From Candidatus Doudnabacteria bacterium (GTDB taxonomy: Bacteria; Patescibacteriota; Doudnabacteria; UBA920), in assembly GCA_003151625.1 (NCBI GenBank), contig PLYC01000021.1, positions 16,235 through 80,234 on the forward strand: DNA of 64,000 nt, given 5' to 3'. Positions 17,280 to 27,154 of the stretch are shown in pieces (position 1 is the stretch's first letter; every line of letters begins with the position of its first letter). The notes beneath the pieces are model-generated. The model saw nothing but the letters and a program-made list of their open reading frames with translations, was not told the DNA's origin and made no database searches. The position numbers were made by a program, and so were the translations under genes.

Positions 17280-19063
17280 TTATTCCTGCGAGTTGGCGGA
17301 GCGATAACGGCGGGAGAAGGAGGCTAGGGTGGTGATTATGAGGATGGAGGCGAGGATGGCCATTAGTTCGGGGAAGGAGAGGGTGGAGCTGGTAGTGGTG
17401 GCGGAGGCTGATGAAATTGCCGGAATCATCCAAGTGGCCCAGCGGGCTTGGATGTAGGTTATTATGCAGACCAGAAAAATTAGGCCGAGACTGTGTAATA
17501 TAGTAAATCGGAAAAGGGTGCCTTCTTGGCCGGGGAGGTGGGCAGAGGCTGTGGCTACGGCTATGCTTTGGGGCGAAATCATTTTTGCCGCCACTCCCCC
17601 GCTGGAGTTGGCGGCAACGCTAAGCACCGGGCTAATGCCCAGAGAGTGCGCGGTTTGGGATTGAATGTTACTAAATAATGCGTTGGACGATGTATCACTC
17701 CCGGTAATAAATACGCCAAACCAACCGAGTAAGGGAGAGAGGAAGGGAAAGAACGCGCCGGTTACGGTAAGCGCGTTGCCAATGGCCGTGGACATGCCGG
17801 AATAGTTGGCCACGTAAGCAAAACCAACAATGGAGCCTATGGTTAATAACGGCTTGGATAATTCTTTCAATGTTTGCCAGGTAACTTCCCAAAAATCTTT
17901 CCACGCCAGATGGAGCATAAGCGCGGTTAAAATTGTGGCCAGTAAAATTGCCGTACCGGCCGCGCCCAGCCAGGCAAAGGTGTAATTAATATTTAAAGTT
18001 ATGCCGTTGCTAATTATTGCGTGATAAATATTTCCAAAAGGAATTAAGAGCGTAACTTGGCCGAGCAGTTGCTGAATACCGGTAATGCCCCAGTTGCCCA
18101 CAAAGACAATGAGTAAAATAAACGGAGTCCAGGCGCGGACAAGTTCGCTTGCGGTATGTTTGGCGCGGATGTTTGGTACGGCGTTGCCCTGCACCGGAGT
18201 CAGACGACTGGTGCAGGGTTGATTAACCCTCTCCTTTGGAAACCGCCAAATTTCTTTAGGATGCCAAATCCGCAAAAATAGCAAAAGACAAATTATAGAA
18301 ACAATCGCGGACAGTACATCGGGCAATGTCGGTCCAAGATAGCTTGCTGTCAGAAACATCGTTAAAGCATACGAAGCGCCGGTCACAAAAATAGCCGGCC
18401 AAATTTGTTTGGCGCCCTTCCATCCCGAGACAACCAACACCAGCCATAGCGGAATAATAAAGGCAATAAACGGTAACTGGTGCGCTATCATTTTGCTTAA
18501 AATATTCGGGTCTATATTGGTTAAATGCCCGGCCGTAATAACCGCAATGCCAATGCCGCCAAAGGCCACTGGCGCGGTGTTGGCAATAAGGCAAATACCG
18601 GCCGCGTACAAAGGCTCAAAACCAAGGCCTACCAGCATACCGGCGGTAATGGCCACGGGCGCGCCAAACCCGGCCGCGCCTTCCAAAAAAGTCCCAAAAC
18701 AAAACCCGATTAACAAAGCCTGCAGGCGCCGGTCGGTAGTAACCGACTCAATACTGTCTCGCACTACATTAAAACTTCCCGTGCGGACGCTAACGTTATA
18801 AAGCAGTACGGCGTTAAAAACAATCCAACCAATAGGAAACAAACCGTTTAAAAACCCATATAGGCCGGACATAACGCCCAGCCCCACGGGCATAGTGAAT
18901 ATGGTAACCGCGATAATTAATCCCAGTAAGAGCGTCAGGAGTGTGGCAATATGGCCGGCAACTTTGCGGCTAAGCAGTAAGGCGAACAAAAAAATAATCG
19001 GAACCGAGGCGGCAAAGGCGGAAAACATTACGCTATGCAATGGGTTGGAAGTTTGTGTCCACA
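17280..19063 (-). CDS. lctP: L-lactate permease, LctP family (the ORF extends to 19124; the likely start is at MWTQTS)
   Basis: LctP hallmark helices 'LLTLLLGLIIAVTIFTMPV' and 'FGTFLEGAAGFGAPVAITAGMLVGLGFEPLYAAGICLIANTAPVAFGGIGIAV', with more than 12 TM segments. Noticeably GC-richer than the neighbours by eye. Confidence 0.85.
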
Positions 19064-19244
19064 TACGCGAGTATGGATTGGTTGGAACCCATTTTAAAAA
19101 TCCTTTGGGCTGCAATTCCAGCATTTTGGCGTCTTGGCCTTAAAAATTTTTCCGCTTAGCTTCGGCTAAACGTCAAAATTTATTAAGAGCCAATCCGCTC
19201 AAAATCCTGAAATTTCGCCTACAAATTATTTTTAAAATGAGTTC

Positions 19245-20147
19245 TTAATTATTTTGCACGTAAGCCTGAACAATATAGCTTGTGGTGGAATCAACTGTTT
19301 GCTTGGTATAATCCTGGGAATTTTTGTGGCCGAGAATTTGCAGTTTTGAAGAAAAAAATTCATTTTGCAAACGCATCTGCACGTATTGGCATGCTATTGA
19401 ATCTAAATTGTCAGGCTGGTTTAAAAGGAATAATTGTTCCGGATCCCCGCTTTGTAAAACTTTTACGGTTTGTTCATCATGATTTTCCGCGTTGGTCGCC
19501 GTCAGATAATGAGAAAAGTCCGTACTTTGGACGACTAATGAATTTTTATCCAAAACTTTTTTTAAAGCCTCAACCATTTGTTCCAGTTCCCATTTAGGCG
19601 TAGATTCTTTAAACGTAACGGCAATAATTTTAGCACTGGGAAAATAATATTTAATAAACGGCAATTCGGCGCCCAGCCCGTGCTCCCGATAGAAAAAATT
19701 CTGGACATTTACAAACGGCAGGTTAAGAAATTTTTGCGTCGCCTGTTTGTCGGTGTCCAGGGTGCCAAAAACCGTGGAGAAATCGCTTAAAGAAATTGAA
19801 ATATCCGTTTGGCCCAAATTAAAATGGTCTGGGCTAATTAACAATATTTGATTGGGGCTGCTTGAGGCGGCAAACTTAAAAGCATTAGCAATAAGGTCTG
19901 TGGCCAATAAATGGTGCGGCACGGTTATGCCGGTAACTTTTTCCGTGGTGGGAGTGGCCGTGCTAAAGTTTATTGGGGTTAAAAAAATTGATTCGTCTTC
20001 AAATTGCGGAGGCACGGTCATGGTTTGCAGGGTGCCAAGCGGCGCCGCGTTTGCGCGTACAAATGAATATTTTTGACGCTGCCATAACACTCCGGCCAAT
20101 CCGGCAAGCACAATAAAAAATATAATAAGCGCGAGTTTGAATTTCAT
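19245..20147 (-). CDS. Hypothetical exported or membrane-anchored protein
   Basis: N-terminal TM or signal sequence 'MKFKLALIIFFIVLAGLAGVLW'. Conserved-looking His/Asp patches 'VPHH', 'SPDHF' and 'TDFSHY'. Family not identified. Confidence 0.4.
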   Translation of the reverse strand: MKFKLALIIFFIVLAGLAGVLWQRQKYSFVRANAAPLGTLQTMTVPPQFEDESIFLTPINFSTATPTTEKVTGITVPHHLLATDLIANAFKFAASSSPNQILLISPDHFNLGQTDISISLSDFSTVFGTLDTDKQATQKFLNLPFVNVQNFFYREHGLGAELPFIKYYFPSAKIIAVTFKESTPKWELEQMVEALKKVLDKNSLVVQSTDFSHYLTATNAENHDEQTVKVLQSGDPEQLFLLNQPDNLDSIACQYVQMRLQNEFFSSKLQILGHKNSQDYTKQTVDSTTSYIVQAYVQNN

Positions 20148-20180
20148 TTTGTTTGTAAAGTGCGCGTTTAGCTTTATTGA

Positions 20181-20343
20181 GCTGTGTAGAGCGAGTGAAA
20201 GTCATCCGCCTAAGGCGGATAACCTTCCGAGCCCAAGGAGTCTTAATACAGGTTCAATACCTCGTCCGCCTTAGGCGGACTGCAAAATGCAGTCTGCTCT
20301 TTGGGCTCAATACCTTGGAGTTCTACTCCGAGGAACCTTTATT
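20181..20343 (-). repeat. MITE-like repeat, copy 3 (about 160 bp)
   Basis: Its reverse complement begins 'ataaaggttcctcggag' and carries 'ctgcattttgcagtccgcc...taaggcgg...acgaggtattgaacctgtatta', matching copy 1 block for block. Its terminus supplies the last codons and the stop of the 818-aa gene. Confidence 0.6.
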
Positions 20344-22795
20344 TCGCGATTAAAGAATCATACCAAAAATTCTTTACCGGTAATTTGTCGGTTTGGTCAT
20401 AAACCCAACCCTTCCAGTCTTCGTCGGTCAGCCTTTGGCCGCCGAGCGGATTGGTAAATTCGTACTGGTTATAGGCCAAACCGGTTACCACTCTCGGAGT
20501 TTTCTCGTTATCGACAATGGCCAGCATCACATACGGCCTGCCATCGGCTTCATAAAGAATTTGGTTTTTTATCGCGTCCGTATGAATGTCGGCAATTAAA
20601 GCCGTTTTGCCGCTGTCCTGATCGGGCTGGGCGGCGGTATCAAACGGCTGAACCATAAACGAGAGCGTTGTGGTTCTTAATTTTTCGTAATCGCTTTCAC
20701 TTATATTTTTACCCTGTGTTTCTTGGTCGGCTAGAGAAGAATAAAATGTGGTAATGTCCTGGAAATTTTGCAGCCGGGCGGAAACCTCGCTGTCGCTAAA
20801 CAATTTATTTTGGCTAAAAACTTGTTTGGTTTGGCTAATTAATTGGCTAAAACGATTCCAAAAATCCATATTCGGTTCCACAAAACCTTTAACTACCGGG
20901 GGCAAAGGCGGATTTTCATCTCCCCCGCCGCCCCTTTCCGCGTAGCTCTGTTTAGCGTAAAGCAGGGTGTCGTGTTTGAGTTCGGTAAATGATCCCAAAA
21001 AAGTCTGGAGCTGTTTGTCCAAAAAAAACGGCTCCTGCATATAGGCGGGATAGGTGGAATTATAGGAGTGGGTCAAAGAGCCGAGCACATAAAGCCAGGC
21101 GCTGCCCATGGAAGCAAACCACTCCCCTTGGGTAACCTTGCCAATGTCTGACTGCTTTTGGGAAAGTTTGGTTAAAAACCCCTGCGTGTCGCTGTCAGTA
21201 AAGCCCGCGTCTTTTTGGAGAAACTCTGTGGTGTACTTTTGCGCCTGCGCGTCGCCAAACGCCGCCGGGACAAACAGCGCCGAAGGAGTAGACGGCAGTT
21301 TTACGTCGGTTTTTTCCTGACCCGCGGTTAAGTCGTTAAGCACCCAGGCGTCAAAACTAAACCTTTGGCCAAAAATTCTAAAAGACAAAGATTGTCTTAA
21401 CAAATCGCTTTTGGTTTCGGAAGAAATATTATTGTCCATCACCACGTCGGATAAAATTTTTGGCAGCCTCACCTGATTTAAATTATCGGCTATTTTTTGG
21501 ATGTCGGCCTGGGCAACCAAATCCGCGTCCGCCGGCTGGTTCGTGCCCAGTACCCGAGTTTCAAAATCCTGCCATTGGGTATAAGTTAAATCATCGCTCT
21601 GACCGGCATAAAAAGCCGTCACTGTCATAATTTTTTGCCACGGATCAACCGGAGTAATGCCAATCTTACTTTTAATCTGAAATTGTTTGGCCAATAAACT
21701 TGAGTCGGTTATGCCCACATCTTTTTGCAAAAAATAACTGCTGCGCCCCAAATACATCATTGTCCGGAAGTAAGCGCGCAAAGCGGAATTTTCCGTATAA
21801 TGGCTGCGCGGGGTGAATTGGGTGTAATCGGTCTGCAGGGTGTCGGAATATTGCGCAAACAACGGCGACTTGCCGACATCACTGGCTTTATAAATAGACT
21901 CCAATTCGGTTTGAACGGCGCTAATAAGATCCGGGGTCAAACCAGCGGAATATTTGGACATGATGGTTTTGGCATTGCCAAAACCATCTATTGTTTGGTC
22001 TTGCTGGTTATAGGCAGTTTCCTGATCCGGGGTCTCAAAAGAAGCGGGCTTTGGCGGGTTTTTATTTTCAAACACAACTCGCGCCACGGTAATTTGAGCC
22101 AGTAAATTTTGATAACGGGTTTTGGTGTAACCGGTATTGCTCTGAACGGCCGTAAGCAAATTGCTGTACAAGCTGTTAAGAAAATCGCCTAGGGACTGTG
22201 CCAGCTCCTTTTGTTCCAGCTGCTGCAAAGTCATATCAAAAAATTTATGGTAAGTATGCAGAACAATATCGGGCGTGACAAATTTAGTATTATCCGGGGT
22301 ACGGTAGTATTCGGAGGGAGCCCCGGTTAAGAAATCAAAATCCGTAAGCATCTCGTCAAAATTATTGCCGTAGTTGGAAGCAAAAGCCGTGTCGGCCGGA
22401 TTAATCAAGACAAAATGATTATCTTCCAAATACTTTTGCTCGGCCGGGGTAAGGTTTAGGCCGTATTTCTCCGCAACCGCCATAAAATTCGGAATGGCTT
22501 TTAAAGCGTCGTCCACCGGATATTGAATGGCGGTTGTGGAAGCAGAATCGGCAACAGGCTGTGAGCTGCTCGCCTGCTGTCCCGCAGGAACCTGATTCAG
22601 GGACGTAGACGTAGGCTTGGCCGGAAAAAATTTAACGGCCAAAATCGCCACGATTATTAAAAACACAACCACCGCCCCAACAATAATATATATAGTGCGT
22701 TTACTTAAGCCGCGCGGTTGCGAATTCTGCGGAGGCATGTCTGGCTGATTGTTTTGCGGGGGCACCGAATTTTGATTTTGGTTATTTGTTTCCAT
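20339..22795 (-). CDS. Large hypothetical membrane-anchored extracytoplasmic protein (818 aa)
   Basis: Gln/Pro-rich N-terminus, a single TM 'IYIIVGAVVVFLIIVAILAVKFF' and a large globular remainder. No identifiable catalytic motif. Confidence 0.5.
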   Translation of the reverse strand: METNNQNQNSVPPQNNQPDMPPQNSQPRGLSKRTIYIIVGAVVVFLIIVAILAVKFFPAKPTSTSLNQVPAGQQASSSQPVADSASTTAIQYPVDDALKAIPNFMAVAEKYGLNLTPAEQKYLEDNHFVLINPADTAFASNYGNNFDEMLTDFDFLTGAPSEYYRTPDNTKFVTPDIVLHTYHKFFDMTLQQLEQKELAQSLGDFLNSLYSNLLTAVQSNTGYTKTRYQNLLAQITVARVVFENKNPPKPASFETPDQETAYNQQDQTIDGFGNAKTIMSKYSAGLTPDLISAVQTELESIYKASDVGKSPLFAQYSDTLQTDYTQFTPRSHYTENSALRAYFRTMMYLGRSSYFLQKDVGITDSSLLAKQFQIKSKIGITPVDPWQKIMTVTAFYAGQSDDLTYTQWQDFETRVLGTNQPADADLVAQADIQKIADNLNQVRLPKILSDVVMDNNISSETKSDLLRQSLSFRIFGQRFSFDAWVLNDLTAGQEKTDVKLPSTPSALFVPAAFGDAQAQKYTTEFLQKDAGFTDSDTQGFLTKLSQKQSDIGKVTQGEWFASMGSAWLYVLGSLTHSYNSTYPAYMQEPFFLDKQLQTFLGSFTELKHDTLLYAKQSYAERGGGGDENPPLPPVVKGFVEPNMDFWNRFSQLISQTKQVFSQNKLFSDSEVSARLQNFQDITTFYSSLADQETQGKNISESDYEKLRTTTLSFMVQPFDTAAQPDQDSGKTALIADIHTDAIKNQILYEADGRPYVMLAIVDNEKTPRVVTGLAYNQYEFTNPLGGQRLTDEDWKGWVYDQTDKLPVKNFWYDSLIAK

Positions 22796-22845
22796 GGAAA
22801 TTTGTTTTTGGTCTCCGAGATTACATACGGAGGTTAACTATTAAT

Positions 22846-23640
22846 TTATGACAGCAGTGCTCCCCCATCCACAACCACCTGCGTGCCGGTCACATAGCTG
22901 GAAAGGTCAGAGGCCAAAAACAGAGCGGTTTTGCCTATGTCGTCGGGTTCGCCCAGCCGCTTTTGCGGAATTTTGTCTAAAAACTTTTGTGCTTGCGCTT
23001 CCATTTCCTGAGTTTTTGGCTGGCCGGCTCCGGCTCCCGGCGTGCTAATGCCGCCCGGGGCAATGGCATTTACCTGAATATTTTGCGGGGCAAGTTCCAG
23101 CGCCGTATTTTTGGTAAAACCCCACAGCCCGTGTTTGGACGCATCGTAAACCGCCAACCCGACCGAGGAAGGATGCAGCGCGTCTATAGATGTAATATTA
23201 ATAATTTTCCCTCCCCTGTTTTGCTTTATCATAACTTCGGCCGCGGCTTTGGTAAAAAAGAACGCGCTCTTTAGGTTAACGGCCAGGATTTTTTCAAAAT
23301 CCTCCGCCTGCATTTTCATAACCGGGATTACGGGATAAATGCCGGCGTTATTTACTAAAATATCAACACCGCCGAATTTTTTCACGGCAAAGTCCGTGGC
23401 GCTTTTTACTTCCTCTTGCTTGGAGACATCGGTTTTTACAAATGCCGCCTGCCAGCCGGCATTAATCAGCTGTTTGACCGCCGCCTCTCCGGCTTGTTCA
23501 TTTAGGTCCGCAATTACCACTTCTGCGCCGGCTTCGGCTAAACGGTAAGCAATACCATAACCAATTCCCATAGCCCCGCCGGTCACAATGGCCGTCTTTC
23601 CCTTAAGGTTAATGAGTTGCTGTAATGAAGGTAAATTCAT
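22846..23640 (-). CDS. Short-chain dehydrogenase/reductase, FabG-like
   Basis: Cofactor motif 'TGGAMGIGYGIA', 'NNAGI' and the catalytic 'YDASKHG' (YxxxK). Confidence 0.85.
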   Translation of the reverse strand: MNLPSLQQLINLKGKTAIVTGGAMGIGYGIAYRLAEAGAEVVIADLNEQAGEAAVKQLINAGWQAAFVKTDVSKQEEVKSATDFAVKKFGGVDILVNNAGIYPVIPVMKMQAEDFEKILAVNLKSAFFFTKAAAEVMIKQNRGGKIINITSIDALHPSSVGLAVYDASKHGLWGFTKNTALELAPQNIQVNAIAPGGISTPGAGAGQPKTQEMEAQAQKFLDKIPQKRLGEPDDIGKTALFLASDLSSYVTGTQVVVDGGALLS

Positions 23641-23938
23641 ATCTTAAAATTTAATTATTTAAAAAGATTCCCAAAAAATCCAAAATAAAGTGGGCTTTGC
23701 CTGTCCTCCGTAGCCTTGCCTGCCCGCCGAAGCTACAGCGAAGGAGGGGCGAAAGGAAAAAACCTCAAAAATTCTTAACTTCAACATTTTAAGTATACCA
23801 CAAATTAGTCGGCGTCCTCTGTAATCCCCGAACACCTTGAAAAACCTGGGATTTTATGGTAAACTGTGATAAGTTACTTTAAATTTTGAGGATTTTCCAA
23901 TCTTTCAATCTAAAACCTTCAATCTTAAATCTATATAT

Positions 23939-24013
23939 GGCGCTATCATCTAATGGTTAGGATAAGTGGTTTTCATCCACTAAATCGGGGTTCGATTCCC
24001 CGTAGCGCTACCA
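23939..24013 (+). tRNA. tRNA-Glu (anticodon UUC), CCA encoded
   Basis: Manual fold. Acceptor GGCGCTA/TAGCGCT with a G1-U72 wobble. Anticodon stem AGTGG/CCACT with loop TTTTCAT. T-arm CGGGG-TTCGATT-CCCCG. Discriminator A plus CCA. Confidence 0.75.
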
Positions 24014-25508
24014 AAGCAGAATTGCCGCCTTCAAGGGCGGTTTTTGCTTGATAGATATAAGAAAGTTTCGGGGTTGTAAAAGTTTGATAATTATAAATGG
24101 GCTTAATTGGAAAAATCATACCCATCAATTTTAATTTTTGCCAGTAGGTAGTTTTAGGCCAGAGTTTTGGCAAGTCGGCTATAAAGTCAAAAACAAAGCT
24201 CACAGTGTCATCAGCGTTAAAGTCCTGGGTCGCGCTGTCGCTAATTTCCAACTGCTTATCCGCCAGTAATTCCTTGACCTTGGCAAATTCAATTTTAAAA
24301 TCCTCATCGGGCAGTAAATCTCTTTTAACCAAATCCAGCAGTTTGGCTTTTTCCTGTTTTAAGTTTTCTATTTCCTTTTTGGCCTGTTCCTGCTGTTGAT
24401 TCTGCTGTTTAAGCCTGTTTTGGCCGACATCGGTTAGCACCTTTTTAAAGGTTTCCATTATTTCTTTGGTGGGCGTAATTTTGGCCAGACACTTGTCAAA
24501 CTCGTCCTCCAAAGTTTTTTTGGTGATGGCTTTTTTAGACGGGCAGTTTTTATTGTAACAGCGGTAGTAATAATACATACTGCCCCAGCGGTTTTCCGAA
24601 GTATGGGCGGTTAAAGGCCGGGAGCATAAGCCGCAGTCAACTTGGTGGCGCAGGGGGAATAACTCATTAGTCCGACTACCGGCGATAATGTCGCCTTTGG
24701 TGAATCGTTTTAAAAGCTTTTGGTTTTTGTAATAAATATCCTCGGTAATGAGCGTGGGGTGAGAACCTTTAAATTCGCCGCGCTTGTTGCAGATGAGGCC
24801 GAAATAAAATTTGTTGGTTAAAATTTTATGCATCAGCTGAAAGGAAATTTCTTTGCCCGAAGGCGAACGCAAGCCCATTTTGTTTACCTTAATCCGTAAT
24901 TCTTCCTGGGTATACATGCCTTTGAAATACTCTTCAAGCAAAAACTTAACAAGGCCAAACCGGGCAGGGTCTAAGATTATGGTTTTGTCGTGCTTGCCGT
25001 GGTTTTGGTTGAGGTAGCCAAAAGGCGCGCGGTGCGGGAAGCGGCCGGACTTAAGGCACTGGATTATGCCGTCGGTAACTCTCTCACTGCGAACATCGTT
25101 ATCAAGCTGGGCAATGCTAGCCATCATATTTCCCATAAACTTGCCAAAGGAATTTTCGCCAATGGCTTCGGTGGTGGAAATTAACTGGACGCTGATTTTA
25201 TCCAGCAGGCTTTTTATGGCCGAGTAGTCGTTGACGTTGCGGGACAGGCGGTCAACTTTGTTGACGATGACAAAGCTGATTTTGTTTTTCTTGTCGGCGA
25301 CAAACTTAAGCATAGCCTGGAGTCCGGGGCGGTCTGCGGTCTTGGCAGATTCGCCCTCATCGGAAAAAAGCTTAATGGCCTTAATGCCTTTGTCCTGTGC
25401 GTATTTTAAGCAGGCTTCTTTTTGGTTTCCGAGGCTAAAGCCGTCCACTTGGTCGGCGGTGGATACGCGGTAATAAATCACTCCCAGTTTTTGGTTTTCT
25501 TGGTTCAT
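23973..25508 (-). CDS. Large serine recombinase (resolvase/invertase catalytic domain, recombinase domain and a zinc-ribbon). Its 3' end overlaps the tRNA antisense strand, so the true C-terminus is uncertain.
   Basis: Active-site 'YYRVSTADQ' with 'VVNKVDRLSRN'. A 'CGLCSRP...YYYYRCYNKNC' zinc ribbon. A coiled-coil tail. Confidence 0.85.
   Translation of the reverse strand: MNQENQKLGVIYYRVSTADQVDGFSLGNQKEACLKYAQDKGIKAIKLFSDEGESAKTADRPGLQAMLKFVADKKNKISFVIVNKVDRLSRNVNDYSAIKSLLDKISVQLISTTEAIGENSFGKFMGNMMASIAQLDNDVRSERVTDGIIQCLKSGRFPHRAPFGYLNQNHGKHDKTIILDPARFGLVKFLLEEYFKGMYTQEELRIKVNKMGLRSPSGKEISFQLMHKILTNKFYFGLICNKRGEFKGSHPTLITEDIYYKNQKLLKRFTKGDIIAGSRTNELFPLRHQVDCGLCSRPLTAHTSENRWGSMYYYYRCYNKNCPSKKAITKKTLEDEFDKCLAKITPTKEIMETFKKVLTDVGQNRLKQQNQQQEQAKKEIENLKQEKAKLLDLVKRDLLPDEDFKIEFAKVKELLADKQLEISDSATQDFNADDTVSFVFDFIADLPKLWPKTTYWQKLKLMGMIFPIKPIYNYQTFTTPKLSYIYQAKTALEGGNSALVALRGIEPRFSG
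24022..24047 (+). terminator. Hairpin plus T-run immediately after the tRNA
   Basis: gccgcc-ttcaa-gggcgg ttttt. Confidence 0.55.
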
Positions 25509-25561
25509 AAAATTATTTTAAAATTAAGAATCTTCGGTCAAAATATTATACACCCGAAAAC

Positions 25562-25720
25562 TCATCCGGCAAAATTATTTTGCCTTTTTTCCTTGGCCCA
25601 CAGGTCAAAACCGATTTCAGCCAACTGATACATATCCTGCCGGAGCTGTTCCAGTTCTTCCCGGGTGAACCTGTTGCCGTAATCCCCAAGCGAATTTTTA
25701 AAATCATCCAGGGAAATCAT
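25562..25720 (-). CDS. Possible small protein (52 aa, 'MISLDDFKNSLGDYGNRFTREELEQLRQDMYQLAEIGFDLWAKEKRQNNFAG')
   Basis: Hand translation of an ORF absent from the track because it is under 60 aa. Helical and charged. Next to the recombinase, as for an excisionase or RDF, but no motif supports that. Confidence 0.2.
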   Translation of the reverse strand: MISLDDFKNSLGDYGNRFTREELEQLRQDMYQLAEIGFDLWAKEKRQNNFAG

Positions 25721-25740
25721 GGCTAAATTTTGTAATGTTT

Positions 25741-25915
25741 AAAAGCATTGAATTTATTGGTAAATTTTCTTAATTCTCTAGTTAAGAGGTATATATCAAG
25801 TCAATGGAAATTAAAAAATATAATTATTTGGCCAAGAAACCTTGAAATTTAAAATCATTGAATTTATTAAGGAATTTTATTTATTTCCAAGATATGAGGT
25901 ATAGATCAAGTCAGC
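25741..25915. repeat. Two imperfect ~65-bp direct repeats (25741-25805 and 25852-25915) beside the recombinase
   Basis: 'aaaa[gt]cattgaatttatt..gtaaatttt.tt.att.c.ag.ta.gaggtata[tg]atcaagtca' is repeated with about 111-bp spacing. Confidence 0.55.
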
Positions 25916-26247
25916 AAAAACATTAAGGTTTTAGTTGTTATGGTAATATGTTATCGCTTAGTAACAAGCTTACGGCCGCGCCCCTGCGGGGCGGCGGCCT
26001 GCGCCGTTGTCCCACTGGCCGCTTTGCTGGCCGTGGGACACGGCGTCTCAAGGTTGGATCTGGAAAATTGCGGTTAAATCAGCCGGGCAGTCAGGGCAGG
26101 TTCAGAGGGAAATTAGGCAGTAAACTTAAATGTTTGTCAAAGTCAAAATGGGGGCAAAATTAAAAAACAATCTTCACTACTTGAAGATTATCGTTTAGGT
26201 CAAAAACAAACAAAGAGTTAAGCGTGCTACATAAGAATTCTTCTGTG

Positions 26248-26991
26248 CTACACTTCTTTTCGCATATTGGAGATTATTTTGTTAACGGTTCCCTCATCTA
26301 AAAACTCGCCAGTTTGTTTCCGGACGGCTCTGCGTATCTCTATTCGGGGCAAATCCCGCAAAGACCAGATAAGCTGGTTGCGCTTGGTAACGGCCGGGTC
26401 TTTGACTCTTAATTTGCCGAGCTTAATTTTAGGGTTTTGGTATTTGAGTTGTAACGGGTGGATGCTTGTCTTAAACTCTTTGGTAATAAAGTCCCTAATA
26501 ACGCGTTCTGAAGCGTAGGGGCTGATTTTAATGGCTAAGGGATAAGCGGCTAATTCGTTGTCTATGTGGGTTTTACCGTATTTATGTTTGGGCTTTTGTT
26601 TTAAGTCCGAGACTTTGCAAAGGCCTAAATTTTCGTCTTCCAGGTAAGTAATAAAATCCAAATCGTGAAAGATATGATACCAAATGGCGTAGGCAAAGCT
26701 ATTATTAAGCGCGTACTTTTTTATGAATTTTTCCCGAATTTCTTTTTCTATCTGTTCGGTCTTCTCATACAGAAAAGCCTCGCCTTCTAGAGATACGGGA
26801 TAAAATCGGGGCTTTACAGGCTTATCTTCCGGATTATCCGAACTAAGATATTCCGCCGGCACCACCTTGTCCGGCATATACTTGGCCCGCATTTCCCAAA
26901 CAGCATCGTTAAAATCCTGCTTTGCGGAAACTTCGTAAAAATATTCCAAGGCTTTTTTACGGCTTTCGGAGGGTTGTTTTTGTTTTGGCAT
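26248..26991 (-). CDS. Hypothetical protein (247 aa) in the island
   Basis: ORF with an acidic C-terminal portion. No recognised motif. Confidence 0.45.
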   Translation of the reverse strand: MPKQKQPSESRKKALEYFYEVSAKQDFNDAVWEMRAKYMPDKVVPAEYLSSDNPEDKPVKPRFYPVSLEGEAFLYEKTEQIEKEIREKFIKKYALNNSFAYAIWYHIFHDLDFITYLEDENLGLCKVSDLKQKPKHKYGKTHIDNELAAYPLAIKISPYASERVIRDFITKEFKTSIHPLQLKYQNPKIKLGKLRVKDPAVTKRNQLIWSLRDLPRIEIRRAVRKQTGEFLDEGTVNKIISNMRKEV

Positions 26992-27154
26992 AATTTATAA
27001 ATCTAAATCGTCAACATCAATACCCAAAGCTTCCATTCGGTTTAAGGCCTCATCCGGGTCATCCTGAAATTGCTCGGCCAGTTCTTCCTTTAAGCCGTCC
27101 TCGTCCAATTCCATTCTGATTTCGTCTTCCAAATCTTCAAGAGGCATAAAATAA

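Noticed and set aside
19245-20147. MEMO1 / AmmeMemoRadiSam-B or class III extradiol dioxygenase assignment for the 300-aa exported protein
   Set aside because: There are His/Asp patches (VPHH, SPDHF, TDFSHY) but no alignment I can make with confidence. It is left as hypothetical.
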